Position numbers and translations under genes: made by a program
IMG/VR virus record: IMGVR_UViG_3300042691_055965
Location: 165,189-229,188 of that record
Length of the DNA stretch: 64,000 nucleotides
Reading direction: 5' to 3' (one strand)
Shown: piece after piece, positions 31,832-41,457 of the stretch
How the letters are laid out: every line of letters begins with the position of its first letter
Position numbering within the stretch: position 1 is the first letter of the stretch
Notes under the pieces: generated by a model
The model's database searches: none
The model's input: the letters and a program-made list of their open reading frames with translations, nothing else
What the model was told of the DNA's origin: nothing

Positions 31832-31976
31832 GATGAGAGATTAGTCAATCATAATTTGTAACGGGAAGCTTACTCCTGGAGTCGTAAGTCGTCGTGACAC
31901 CGCGGTTAGTGTGTCGGGTTTAAATTCCTCGAATCGGACCGAAAAAAATTAAAAGGGTGGGTTTTCCCACCCTTTT
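31827..31976 (+). ncRNA. candidate small RNA
   Basis: ORF-free, GC-enriched segment between a promoter and a terminator; local hairpins. Confidence 0.4.
31951..31976 (+). terminator. intrinsic terminator
   Basis: aaaagggtggg-tttt-cccaccctttt. Confidence 0.8.
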
Positions 31977-32124
31977 ATATTTATATAATAATATTTTGGT
32001 GTCAGAATACATCAAAACAACCATAGTCAGAATACTATGGTTGTTTTTTGTTAAGATGATGTTTTATTTTAAAAAATCCCTATTTGTTTTATTTTTTGAT
32101 ATTTATTGATTATATTTTACTATT

Positions 32125-33279
32125 ATGAATGAAAAATTCTTACCGTGGTTTCTTTTATTTTGTGCTCTTGGACTTTCGGGGACTGCCGCTTACTATAGTG
32201 TTGTAGGTTTAAGTATTGTATTTGTTGGTGTGGCAATACCAGTAATAATAATGGGAAGTTTTTTGGAAATTTCTAAAATTGCAATTGCCACATATCTACA
32301 CGAAAATTGGAAAAATACTTATGGTGCCTTGAAAATTTATATGACAATTGCGCTTGTAACACTTTCTATTATTACTTCATTAGGGATTTATGGGCTTTTA
32401 AGTACAGGATTTCAAGGAAACATTGCAAAACTTGAAATAAATGAAAAACAAGTAAAAAATGTCGAAGTAAAGAAAAAAAGATTTGATGAAATTAAAATCG
32501 AATTAACAAAAGAAAAAACAATCTTGGATGGTGACATAACTAAGTTGAGGGATGGTTTATCGAATAACACAACAACACAGACTGTAGATAGAAAAACTGG
32601 ACAGGTTATCACTAAGGCAAATAATGCAAATAGAAAATCATTTGAAGGACAATTAAAAGAAGCACAAGTAAGACGTGACACAATTGCAAAAAGAATTGAT
32701 GCAATGAATGATAGTATCACAAATCTTGAAGTCCAAATACTAAACATGGAGTCAGAAGAAATTTCAGGTAGTGAACTTGGTGCTATTAAGTATGTTAGTG
32801 AAATATTGGATTGGGACATCAAAAGAACTGCAAACTTATTTATATTGATTCTTATATTTGTATTCGATCCACTTGCCATTACTTTAGTTATTGCTACAAA
32901 TCAAGCATTTAAATCAAGAAGAAAAGTAAAAGAAGAACCAGAACCAACATCAACCCAAGAGGAAGAGATTTATCCCGTAAATACACCTGATTACCCCGTA
33001 AGTACCCCACTAGTTACCCCACAAGTTGAGGTGGACATTGATGTCCCCCACGAAAAAGAAACCAAACAAGCACCGACTAACTACCAAACAAGTACCGAGC
33101 AAGTAATTGAAGATACAATTGTTAAAAGTGTTGAAGTTACAGAAATACAAGAAGACGAAATAAAAACTGAAGACACAAAACAGGTAATAATAGAAGAATC
33201 AATCGATAATCAACCTAAAAAATTATCATACCTTAACAGAGATGGTTATGGAAAATCTTTACGAATTGACAGATTTTAA
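32125..33279 (+). CDS. multi-pass membrane protein with large coiled-coil
   Basis: Three N-terminal TM segments, coiled coil, TM with IFVFDPLAI, acidic tail. Confidence 0.7.
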   Translation: MNEKFLPWFLLFCALGLSGTAAYYSVVGLSIVFVGVAIPVIIMGSFLEISKIAIATYLHENWKNTYGALKIYMTIALVTLSIITSLGIYGLLSTGFQGNIAKLEINEKQVKNVEVKKKRFDEIKIELTKEKTILDGDITKLRDGLSNNTTTQTVDRKTGQVITKANNANRKSFEGQLKEAQVRRDTIAKRIDAMNDSITNLEVQILNMESEEISGSELGAIKYVSEILDWDIKRTANLFILILIFVFDPLAITLVIATNQAFKSRRKVKEEPEPTSTQEEEIYPVNTPDYPVSTPLVTPQVEVDIDVPHEKETKQAPTNYQTSTEQVIEDTIVKSVEVTEIQEDEIKTEDTKQVIIEESIDNQPKKLSYLNRDGYGKSLRIDRF

Positions 33280-33853
33280 ATCAATCGGTTTAAACGATAA
33301 GAAAACACAAATTATTCTTGGGGACACAAGAAGAGATTACAAAAATTATATCAATTCATTAAAGTATAGGTATAACAAGAAAAATCCTTATTTACCAAAC
33401 TACGTCATTACCAAAAATGGTAAAATTTTTCAAGTAATTCCACCAAATGCTTATTCCAATTACATGGAAAAAGAATCTATTGACAAAAAGTCTATAATTA
33501 TTGTTTTGGAAAATATGGGTTGGCTCAAAAAAAATCCATTGGACAATACGTATACAAATTGGTTAGGTGATATTTATAAAAAGGAAGTTTTCGAAAAAAG
33601 ATGGAGAGATGAAATTTTTTGGGAACCTTATAATAAAAAACAAATAAAAACACTATCTGAACTTATTTTAACATTGTGTGAAAAGTTCAGTTTACCAAAG
33701 AATATGGTAGAAACAAATGTGATTTGTGATGGTGTTGAAAACATAAAAGGAATTACAAGTAAAAGTAATTTTGATATAACATATAAAGATGTTAACCCAT
33801 CTTTTGATTTTAAACTTTTAAAAAAATTAATACAAAATGATGAATCAATATGA
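33248..33853 (+). CDS. Amidase_2-like protein, apparently lacking Zn ligands
   Basis: PNYVITKNGKIFQ, SIIIVLEN.G, QIKTL..LI..LC.KF.LP, KDVNP.FDF; expected His/Glu replaced. Confidence 0.55.
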   Translation: MENLYELTDFKSIGLNDKKTQIILGDTRRDYKNYINSLKYRYNKKNPYLPNYVITKNGKIFQVIPPNAYSNYMEKESIDKKSIIIVLENMGWLKKNPLDNTYTNWLGDIYKKEVFEKRWRDEIFWEPYNKKQIKTLSELILTLCEKFSLPKNMVETNVICDGVENIKGITSKSNFDITYKDVNPSFDFKLLKKLIQNDESI

Positions 33854-34382
33854 CGAAATAAAATCTTTACTTAAAAGGTCTAGAATGTTAATGGAGCAAA
33901 CAGGTCCAATTAACATGGCTAAAAGTATTGAAGATGAAATCGAATCAGACACACAAGACACAAAAGAAGTCGATCCAGAAGAAGTAAAAAAAGAAAAAAG
34001 TAAAACGTATAGAATATCAGGTGGGTTACTAAGTCTTTATAGTAAAGACAAAAAAGATTTGGAACTTACATCAGAAGAAAAAAGTGCGTTTCAGGAAACT
34101 ATGGATGATTTTGTTGAAGATGTATCCAATCTAACGGAATTTGGAAAACTTAATGTTTATGAAAATTCAGTTGAATGGAGTGGTAAAATAATGGACGCTG
34201 ACATCGAATTTTTCTATACTATTGGTGAAGAAACAGGTGTTTATATCAATGGAGATATGATAAAACTTGATGATAAATTAGTAGAATTAATAAACAAACT
34301 AACCACTTTTTATGAAAAGTTCAAAACAAAGTGGGCTAAAGTTATAGGATTAAGAAAGAAAACAAAAGAACAAGAAAAATGA
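33837..34382 (+). CDS. hypothetical, possibly head-associated protein
   Basis: YDEIKSLLKRSRMLMEQ leader-like N-terminus. Confidence 0.6.
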   Translation: MMNQYDEIKSLLKRSRMLMEQTGPINMAKSIEDEIESDTQDTKEVDPEEVKKEKSKTYRISGGLLSLYSKDKKDLELTSEEKSAFQETMDDFVEDVSNLTEFGKLNVYENSVEWSGKIMDADIEFFYTIGEETGVYINGDMIKLDDKLVELINKLTTFYEKFKTKWAKVIGLRKKTKEQEK

Positions 34383-34732
34383 AAAAATTTTTAACAGAAA
34401 ACTTCAGATACGTAATTTACGGGTTGATAGCCATTTTGGGTTTTTATCTTATTTCAGTGTGGATGAATCCAAAAGTTGATATGAGTGAACTTGACAAATA
34501 CAAATTAGATCAGTTGAATCAAAACATAAAAGATATTACAGATAATCAAAAGAAACTTGACAGTACTATTCAAAATTATAACAACGAATTAACAAAAATT
34601 GATTCAACCATATCACAAGTTAGAAATCAAAAAACAATAATTAAGGAATATTACAAAGGAAAAGGTGAAGAAATTGATACAATGACATCTTCACAGTTAG
34701 ATAGTCTGTTCCATAAAAGATATAGTTATTAA
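34379..34732 (+). CDS. N-terminal TM + coiled-coil protein (spanin-like candidate)
   Basis: Single TM followed by heptads. Confidence 0.45.
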   Translation: MKKFLTENFRYVIYGLIAILGFYLISVWMNPKVDMSELDKYKLDQLNQNIKDITDNQKKLDSTIQNYNNELTKIDSTISQVRNQKTIIKEYYKGKGEEIDTMTSSQLDSLFHKRYSY

Positions 34733-34733
34733 T

Positions 34734-35141
34734 ATGAAAAAATTAATTTACATTCTAATAATGATTTTACCTTTTCCACTTTTGAGTCAGGTAAAAAAAG
34801 ACACATCTATGGTTTGTTTACCATATAGTGTGGCAAAACAAGTTGCTTTGGATTTGAATAAGTTGGATTCCATTATTGAAATCAACAATTTGACAAATGA
34901 AGAATTAAAGCAGACAGAAAGAAAAGTAATATATAAGGATAGTATTATTACGGTAATGAAAGAAAAAGAAGTCAATTATGAAACAATTATCACAAAAGAA
35001 AGAGAAAAGTTCAAAATTGTTGACGATCAAAACACTAACTTAAGAGATGAGTTAACAAAGGTAAGAAGAAGAAGAACCTTTTTGGAAATATTTGGAGGAG
35101 CGGTAATTGGTACATTAGGAGGAATATTAATATTAAAATAA
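34734..35141 (+). CDS. signal peptide + coiled-coil + C-terminal TM protein (spanin-like candidate)
   Basis: MKKLIYILIMILPFPLLS-Q signal; C-terminal Gly-rich TM. Confidence 0.45.
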   Translation: MKKLIYILIMILPFPLLSQVKKDTSMVCLPYSVAKQVALDLNKLDSIIEINNLTNEELKQTERKVIYKDSIITVMKEKEVNYETIITKEREKFKIVDDQNTNLRDELTKVRRRRTFLEIFGGAVIGTLGGILILK

Positions 35142-35390
35142 ATGGCACTTTCAAGTTCAGACAAAAAAGAAATAGAGTCGATTATTAGAAAAGAAATCAA
35201 AAGTTTCCTTAATGCTCCTACTGTAAAAAAATTTGAAGATAGTATTATAGAAAAAATTAAAAAAGATATGGAAAAAGGTAATTTAAGAGGAGACATTAAC
35301 GAGTATATCAGAAAGGCGTTTGTTGAATTTTATTATTTCCTTTGGAGTAAACGTTCCACTTGGGAAAATTCAATTAAAAATATAAAATGA
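35142..35390 (+). CDS. hypothetical protein
   Basis: 82-aa coupled ORF. Confidence 0.6.
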   Translation: MALSSSDKKEIESIIRKEIKSFLNAPTVKKFEDSIIEKIKKDMEKGNLRGDINEYIRKAFVEFYYFLWSKRSTWENSIKNIK

Positions 35391-35860
35391 TGTACACCAA
35401 AAAGTTTATACAAAATTTAATTTCAGAAGCATTCAAAGAAACAATTGAAGCAACATCAACAGGTTCTTCAGGTTCATTTGAACCATTATTTGGTGATGTT
35501 GAAGAAGAAAATAATGAAGAAGAGTTCACCGAAGCCACATCATCAAGTAGTTCAGGTTCTTATGAAACTGCATCGTTTTTAGCAAAAGATTTAAAGAATT
35601 GGGGACCTTCAAAAAGAACACAAATACCTGGTGGACAGTTTGTTTCAGTAAAAGAAAAATGTAAAACTTTCCCTTATTGTAACCAAGGAATAGGTGCCCT
35701 TGAATTTTCTAATAGTAAAACTAAAGCAATAAAAAATTTAACGAAAAGAAAACCCAAAAAAAAGAGACCTTTAGATGAAGCAATTCACAATGTTTCTTTG
35801 AAAACGGGATTATCTGAACAGGAAATAAAAAACATAATATTATCGGTGATAAACCGGTAA
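35387..35860 (+). CDS. hypothetical head-associated protein
   Basis: Two EATS..SSGS[FY]E repeats; CKTFPYC. Confidence 0.6.
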   Translation: MMYTKKFIQNLISEAFKETIEATSTGSSGSFEPLFGDVEEENNEEEFTEATSSSSSGSYETASFLAKDLKNWGPSKRTQIPGGQFVSVKEKCKTFPYCNQGIGALEFSNSKTKAIKNLTKRKPKKKRPLDEAIHNVSLKTGLSEQEIKNIILSVINR

Positions 35861-35888
35861 TTTATAAAATTGTTGATATTTATAGGTT

Positions 35889-36986
35889 ATGGACAGAGAA
35901 ATATTAAATATAGTAAATAAAGTTTTGTCAGAAGAATTGTCTGGTAAAATTTCTAATGTAAAAAGAAAAATTTACGAAGGTAAAAAAATGTGTGAACAAT
36001 GTGGTTCAGCAATGAATGAAGGTGCGTGTAATGAATGTGGTTATATGGAAGGTGAAATGCAAGAAAAATTACATGGCAAACAAAAGAAAATTGATTTAAA
36101 CAAAAATAATAAAATAGATGCTGAAGATTTCAAACTATTGAGAAGAAAAAAGAAAAGACACACTAATGAAGGTGACGTTGAAGAAGGAAACGCATTTACA
36201 GGTGCACTAGAAAGGGCAAGAGAAGAAAATAAAAAAACATTTACAGTTGGGGGTAAAAAATTTCCAGTAAAAGAATCGGTATATAGAATAGACATTGACG
36301 GGGAAAAATACTTTTTCAATGAAAACGAAATGGTTGATGTTATTGAAAATATTGTTTTAGAAGAAAAGAAGAAGAAGAAGAAAACAACAACAAAAAAGAA
36401 AACGGTAGATCCAATCAAATTAACAAAAGATAATATTTCTAAGTCTGGTAAAGAAAATGAAGATTACATTGATAGTGTCATCAAAAAAATGAAAGATTAT
36501 CTTAAAGATGGTTCTAAAGGAAAATATGAAATGAATCCAAAAGATTTCCCAAGAGGTAATGGTGAAATTGAAAAGATGGAAAAAATGGCTTACATACCAT
36601 CAAATGCGGTACAAGATTACGTTGATAATTTTACAGCGGCTAGTTTGGAAAATTTAGATTACGATGGTATTTCACCAAACGAAGATTGGGTAGATGATTT
36701 AATGGTAGGTGCATCAAGAACAGGAAATAATCCTGAATGGGCAAATGCTGTTGAAACCCCAGCAAACAAAAAACGTAATAAAATCAGACAAGATAACTTA
36801 CTTGCAAAGATTAAAAGAAAGGCGTACAACAAGTCAGCACAACCAGTGGTTGGTGACAAGAGTGGTAGTGAAACAGATGCTGGATCTAAAATTTTGATGA
36901 AATTAGAATCTAAAGAAGAAACAAAAGTAATTAGCGACATCGAAAAAATGAAAAATTTGATGGAGTATCACAAAAAAACACAATAA
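35889..36986 (+). CDS. putative prohead core/internal protein
   Basis: Multiple xxE-G sites, CxxC pairs, EF-hand-like DLNKNNKIDAEDF, GNAFTGAL; TATTTATA upstream. Confidence 0.5.
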   Translation: MDREILNIVNKVLSEELSGKISNVKRKIYEGKKMCEQCGSAMNEGACNECGYMEGEMQEKLHGKQKKIDLNKNNKIDAEDFKLLRRKKKRHTNEGDVEEGNAFTGALERAREENKKTFTVGGKKFPVKESVYRIDIDGEKYFFNENEMVDVIENIVLEEKKKKKKTTTKKKTVDPIKLTKDNISKSGKENEDYIDSVIKKMKDYLKDGSKGKYEMNPKDFPRGNGEIEKMEKMAYIPSNAVQDYVDNFTAASLENLDYDGISPNEDWVDDLMVGASRTGNNPEWANAVETPANKKRNKIRQDNLLAKIKRKAYNKSAQPVVGDKSGSETDAGSKILMKLESKEETKVISDIEKMKNLMEYHKKTQ

Positions 36987-37025
36987 AATAGTTTAGATTT
37001 ATTACGACCCGTATTATTATTTAGT

Positions 37026-37517
37026 ATGACATTAGATAGTAATATGGGTCGTTTTTTCGATTGGTTAGTCAAACCAATGAATGATGACGATGTTATAGCT
37101 TGGAATTTAGCAAATAACATTACACCCGAATTAACCGAACTTTTCAGAGATTTTTGTTTTTCGTTTATCACGTTACTTAAAGACACATACTTAGGTGATG
37201 ACTTTGATACTAACACACAAACAAAAGTTGGAATGACTTTGGAACAAAAAAAAGGACATTTTTTGTGGTGTTGGAATAAAAACATAGAAAACTTCAAAAA
37301 AGAAAGTATCAACTTTAATTTTACAAATGGTGATGTGGAATTTTTTGAAGGGTTTTTCTTTGAAGTTTTTTATAATCAAACCGATAACAAAATAAAAGAA
37401 ACGATGGATGAATTTTTCAGACAAATATTTGAACGTCATGGTAAAAAGACAAAATCAGACATTGAAATATTCACAGACATTTATAAACTTTTGGAAAGAT
37501 CTTTGAAAACAGTATAA
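37026..37517 (+). CDS. hypothetical protein
   Basis: 163-aa ORF. Confidence 0.6.
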   Translation: MTLDSNMGRFFDWLVKPMNDDDVIAWNLANNITPELTELFRDFCFSFITLLKDTYLGDDFDTNTQTKVGMTLEQKKGHFLWCWNKNIENFKKESINFNFTNGDVEFFEGFFFEVFYNQTDNKIKETMDEFFRQIFERHGKKTKSDIEIFTDIYKLLERSLKTV

Positions 37518-37584
37518 AAGTTTATTTACTATTAAACTTTAATAATTTATGTTTAAAACAAAATAAAAAATAATATTAATAAAA

Positions 37585-37767
37585 ATGGAAACACTTGAAC
37601 AAATCAAATCTTTAGTTGAAACTTTAGTAGTTGATGCAACTAAATTTTATAATGGAAATAAGTCTGCTGGTGTTAGAGCAAGAAAACTTTCACAAGAATT
37701 GAAATCGGCAGCACAAAAATTAAGAACTGAAATTTTAAACGAAAGTAAAAAAGAAAAGGATGCATAA
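37585..37767 (+). CDS. Hc1 / histone H1-like DNA-binding protein
   Basis: DATKF..GNKSAGVRARK.SQEL..A..LR matches the Hc1 family signature. Confidence 0.75.
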   Translation: METLEQIKSLVETLVVDATKFYNGNKSAGVRARKLSQELKSAAQKLRTEILNESKKEKDA

Positions 37768-37951
37768 TTTCTTCCCCGCATTTACTTGTTTCCTTTTCGT
37801 TTTTTCAATAATAGCCCTTTTAAGATTAGTTTTTAATTTTATTAGGGCTCTTTTTTCGGCACCTCCAAAACCTTTGGAATTGTCATTGTTAGAAACAACG
37901 ATATACGGGGTATTTGTATCATACATAATAACGTATTTAATTTTTATATAA
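37760..37951 (+). CDS. small two-TM membrane protein
   Basis: Two hydrophobic segments. Confidence 0.55.
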   Translation: MHNFFPAFTCFLFVFSIIALLRLVFNFIRALFSAPPKPLELSLLETTIYGVFVSYIITYLIFI

Positions 37952-37955
37952 AAAC

Positions 37956-38378
37956 ATGGTTTACAGTAATTTTATAAATAAAACAACTAAATATTTGAAG
38001 TCAGTAAGAGTATTGAAAAACTATGTAAGTTTTGATATGATTTTCCCTAAGACTTGGGTATTTCCAAAAAATTATCCACAAGGAATCGAAGTTTTAGTTA
38101 ATGAAAATGATGAAGCAACTATTCATTCATTTGTTTCAGAAAACACCAATGATTTGATTGACTCAATTGAAAAATTGATAGACACTCTTGTCAAAACTAA
38201 TATAGAAAGGGAAGAAAAAGAAAAACTTTTCAAAAGTAAAGTTCAAGAACTTAAAAGTATTTTTGATAAAGAAAAACTTGAAAACCTTAAAGGTTTAAAA
38301 TTTGATATCGAAGAATTTACAAAACTTTTAGAAAATGGAACAGAAAAACTTGACGCCGAAGTTGAAGAAAGAGCTTGA
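37956..38378 (+). CDS. hypothetical protein
   Basis: 140-aa ORF. Confidence 0.6.
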   Translation: MVYSNFINKTTKYLKSVRVLKNYVSFDMIFPKTWVFPKNYPQGIEVLVNENDEATIHSFVSENTNDLIDSIEKLIDTLVKTNIEREEKEKLFKSKVQELKSIFDKEKLENLKGLKFDIEEFTKLLENGTEKLDAEVEERA

Positions 38379-38547
38379 AAGTCTGATGGAAGAAAGAATG
38401 ATGTCAGAAAAAATTAACGAAAAAAATAAAATGATTTTTTCAGAACAACTGAAAAAGATGAACCCTAAAGAAATTAAAAATACAATTAAAGAAGAAAAGA
38501 AGATTAGTTTATGGGGGAGAATCAAGAGAGTTTTAGGAATGAACTGA
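38335..38547 (+). CDS. hypothetical protein
   Basis: 70-aa overlapping ORF. Confidence 0.5.
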   Translation: MEQKNLTPKLKKELESLMEERMMSEKINEKNKMIFSEQLKKMNPKEIKNTIKEEKKISLWGRIKRVLGMN

Positions 38548-38729
38548 TAAAACTTGCAGAGTCCGTCGAAATATTAGAAAATAGTTTTATCGGTAAACAC
38601 AATATTGAAATAAGTGTATCATTAGACGAAAGTGATTTTTCTAACGTTAAAGATTATGTTAATGAAAAATCAAGTGATAGAATAATAATTTCTATTGGAA
38701 AAGTTAATTTTACCTTTTCGAAAAAGTAG
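38511..38729 (+). CDS. hypothetical protein
   Basis: 72-aa ORF. Confidence 0.5.
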   Translation: MGENQESFRNELIKLAESVEILENSFIGKHNIEISVSLDESDFSNVKDYVNEKSSDRIIISIGKVNFTFSKK

Positions 38730-39354
38730 TCTTAAGTCTGTATAGTCTTTTTTTGTCAAATCCTTTTTCTTCTAAAACGCTATATATCCATTTTCTTTGT
38801 GTTATAGAAATATCACGTACAAACAACCCATCCATTCTATTATTTTCCATAAAATGACTTTGAAGTATATCTAAAAACCTTTCAGATTCATCAGAATCTT
38901 TTAATGAAAAAAGGGATACTGATGTTTCTATCTGTACACACAGTTTGTTATTAAGGGTGTAGACACTTTTAAATTCTTTATCATTCAGATACTTTTTTAA
39001 AAATTCATCGAACGAAATCTTTTTTTGTTCTTGCCAATCGAACAGAAGTTCTTCTACTTTATATTTTTTTATATCCAAAAAGACAAATTCGGGATTATCT
39101 AAGTTCACTGGTAAGTTCCTACCTAAGTCATCTGTTAAAAATAAAGAAGTCTGTATTTTAGTTTTATTTGTTAAAATTGCTAATTCGTAGTCTACAGGGG
39201 TTGCATTTTCAATTTTCTTATCAAAACAAATTTTATCATTTTCTTTAATTAATTGATTGAATTTTTCCCTGGCACTTTTTTCTGTTGCATAACGTTTGAT
39301 AATTTTTCTTTTTTTCTTATTCTTAAATAAAACTATTAAATAATTGTTTGCCAT
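38710..39354 (-). CDS. hypothetical basic protein (minus strand)
   Basis: 214-aa ORF with no competing plus-strand ORF. Confidence 0.7.
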   Translation of the reverse strand: MANNYLIVLFKNKKKRKIIKRYATEKSAREKFNQLIKENDKICFDKKIENATPVDYELAILTNKTKIQTSLFLTDDLGRNLPVNLDNPEFVFLDIKKYKVEELLFDWQEQKKISFDEFLKKYLNDKEFKSVYTLNNKLCVQIETSVSLFSLKDSDESERFLDILQSHFMENNRMDGLFVRDISITQRKWIYSVLEEKGFDKKRLYRLKTTFSKR

Positions 39355-40333
39355 GAAAAATTATTATGAAATATTAGGTGTTAATGAAAGTGCTTCGCAA
39401 GACGATATAAAAAAAGCCTATAGAAAATTAAGTAAAAAATATCATCCAGATGTAAACCCCAACGGGGAAGAAAAGTTCAAAGATATTACTGAAGCTTATG
39501 AAGTATTGGGTGATGAAAATAATAGAAGAAAGTATGACAACCGTGGATCTGGTGGTTTTGACATCAACAGTATGTTTGAACAAATGATGGGTGGAGGTAT
39601 GAGACAAAAACCAAAGGCACCAGATAAAGTTATGGAAATAGTCATTTCGCCACTTGATTCTTATTTCGGGGTTAAAAAAGACATCGATGTAACGTCACTT
39701 GATTGTTGTGGTGGGTGTAATGGTAATGGTGGACAAAGAAACACTTGTAATCACTGTAAAGGTTCGGGTTACATCACACAAAGATTTGGTATGGGACATT
39801 TTATGCAACAAATCCAAACAGGATGTCCTATGTGTAAAGGACAGGGGTCAGTAATATCCGTTGCCTGTAACACTTGTGGAGGTAGAGGTGTGACACCAAA
39901 AAAAGAAAAATTGAATGTAACAATACCTTCTAATGTCGATAATGGTGATTTTATGCGAGTAAAAGGAAGGGGTGATTATAATTTGAATGTAAGGGATAAA
40001 GGTGATATCATATTAAAGGTGATTATGGCAAATGATAACGACTTTGAAAAAATTGGAAGAGATTTGGTTTTCAAAATGAAGGTGACGCCTATTGATATTC
40101 TTATGGATACACCAATAGAAATTCCACATCCTGATGGAAAATTAAAAATACATTTACCTGATGTGTTTGATAGTGAAAAACCGTTGAGGGTTTCTAATAA
40201 AGGATACAAGTATTCTGATAGAAATGGTGACTTATATATAAAAGTTACTGTCACTAATAATAAAATTAGCAACAGTAAAATTGTGGAAGGATTAAAAGGA
40301 TTGTTAGAACAAACTGAAAATGTTCCTGATTAA
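39353..40333 (+). CDS. dnaJ: DnaJ chaperone
   Basis: J domain with HPD, G/F linker, four CxxCxGxG repeats, C-terminal domain. Confidence 0.92.
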   Translation: MKNYYEILGVNESASQDDIKKAYRKLSKKYHPDVNPNGEEKFKDITEAYEVLGDENNRRKYDNRGSGGFDINSMFEQMMGGGMRQKPKAPDKVMEIVISPLDSYFGVKKDIDVTSLDCCGGCNGNGGQRNTCNHCKGSGYITQRFGMGHFMQQIQTGCPMCKGQGSVISVACNTCGGRGVTPKKEKLNVTIPSNVDNGDFMRVKGRGDYNLNVRDKGDIILKVIMANDNDFEKIGRDLVFKMKVTPIDILMDTPIEIPHPDGKLKIHLPDVFDSEKPLRVSNKGYKYSDRNGDLYIKVTVTNNKISNSKIVEGLKGLLEQTENVPD

Positions 40334-40474
40334 TTCAATAGTGCCATAAGCAGATGATATTAACATATATACGGCAATTACTATCATCCATTTTTGTGAA
40401 GTACTAACCCCTTTTTTACAAGTTTTGCAACCTTCTTTTTTTGTTTCTTGTTGTAATGTTTCTATATTTTCCAT
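40304..40474 (-). CDS. small CxxC + TM protein (56 aa, not in ORF track)
   Basis: [22 protein letters not shown]...[16 protein letters not shown]. Confidence 0.55.
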   Translation of the reverse strand: MENIETLQQETKKEGCKTCKKGVSTSQKWMIVIAVYMLISSAYGTIELIRNIFSLF

Positions 40475-40567
40475 AATAAATAATTATATCTTAAATTATT
40501 ATATAAGTGAATAAATTTTAAGTTTGATTTGAACATAAAAATAAACTATATTTAGATAAAAAAACAA

Positions 40568-41407
40568 ATGTTAAGTTATATAGGTGGTAAAAGTAAAATA
40601 GGTAAATGGATAGTCCCTTATTATCCAAAAGATATGGAAACGTATTTAGAAACATTTGGGGGGATGTATTGGTGTTTCTTTAATATGGACTTGAAAGAAT
40701 ACCCAAATCTTAAGAAAGTGGTTTACAACGACTTTAACCCGTTGAACTATAACCTTTTTAAATGTGTTCAAAATCCGACAGAATTATTAAAAGTAATTAA
40801 TTCAATAGAATGTCAACAGTTCGGGGTTGAAGTTACACCACCACAGATGAAAGAACAATTTTTAAGCTTTCAGACTGAAATTTTTAATGAAGGTTTCAGC
40901 GTAACCCCTGGTGATTATGAAGTAGCTGCTAAGTATGTTTATATTTTAACTCAAGTGTTTAGTGGTTCAAAACCAGAAACAAGTTCATTTATTGACTTGA
41001 AGGGTAAATACAAATCAAAATACCTTACGTTTAGGGATAAATTATCTAAACCTGATTGGATTGAACATTTCTTAAAAATCACAGACGTTGAAAACATGGA
41101 TTTTGCTGACGTAATCAACAAATACGATTCAGAATCCACATACATTTATTTAGATCCACCATATTGGAAAACGGAAGATTATTACTCGAATCATGATTTT
41201 GATAGACAAGATCACGAAAGATTGGCAAAAGTATTACACAACGTAAAAGGAAAATTTAGTCTTTCATATTATGACTTTGAACTTTTACATGAATGGTTTC
41301 CTGAAGACAAATACAAATGGGAAAAGAAACAATTTGCTAAAGCAGCTGCAGCAAAAAAGGGTACAAAACAAAATATGGGTGAAGAATTGTTGATTATGAA
41401 TTACTGA
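40568..41407 (+). CDS. Dam-like (D12 class) N6-adenine DNA methyltransferase
   Basis: YIGGK, ETFGG, YNDFN, YLDPPY. Confidence 0.88.
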   Translation: MLSYIGGKSKIGKWIVPYYPKDMETYLETFGGMYWCFFNMDLKEYPNLKKVVYNDFNPLNYNLFKCVQNPTELLKVINSIECQQFGVEVTPPQMKEQFLSFQTEIFNEGFSVTPGDYEVAAKYVYILTQVFSGSKPETSSFIDLKGKYKSKYLTFRDKLSKPDWIEHFLKITDVENMDFADVINKYDSESTYIYLDPPYWKTEDYYSNHDFDRQDHERLAKVLHNVKGKFSLSYYDFELLHEWFPEDKYKWEKKQFAKAAAAKKGTKQNMGEELLIMNY

Positions 41408-41457
41408 ATCAATAATTTTTATTACCAATCTAATATTTATTAATAAAACTAAAAGTA

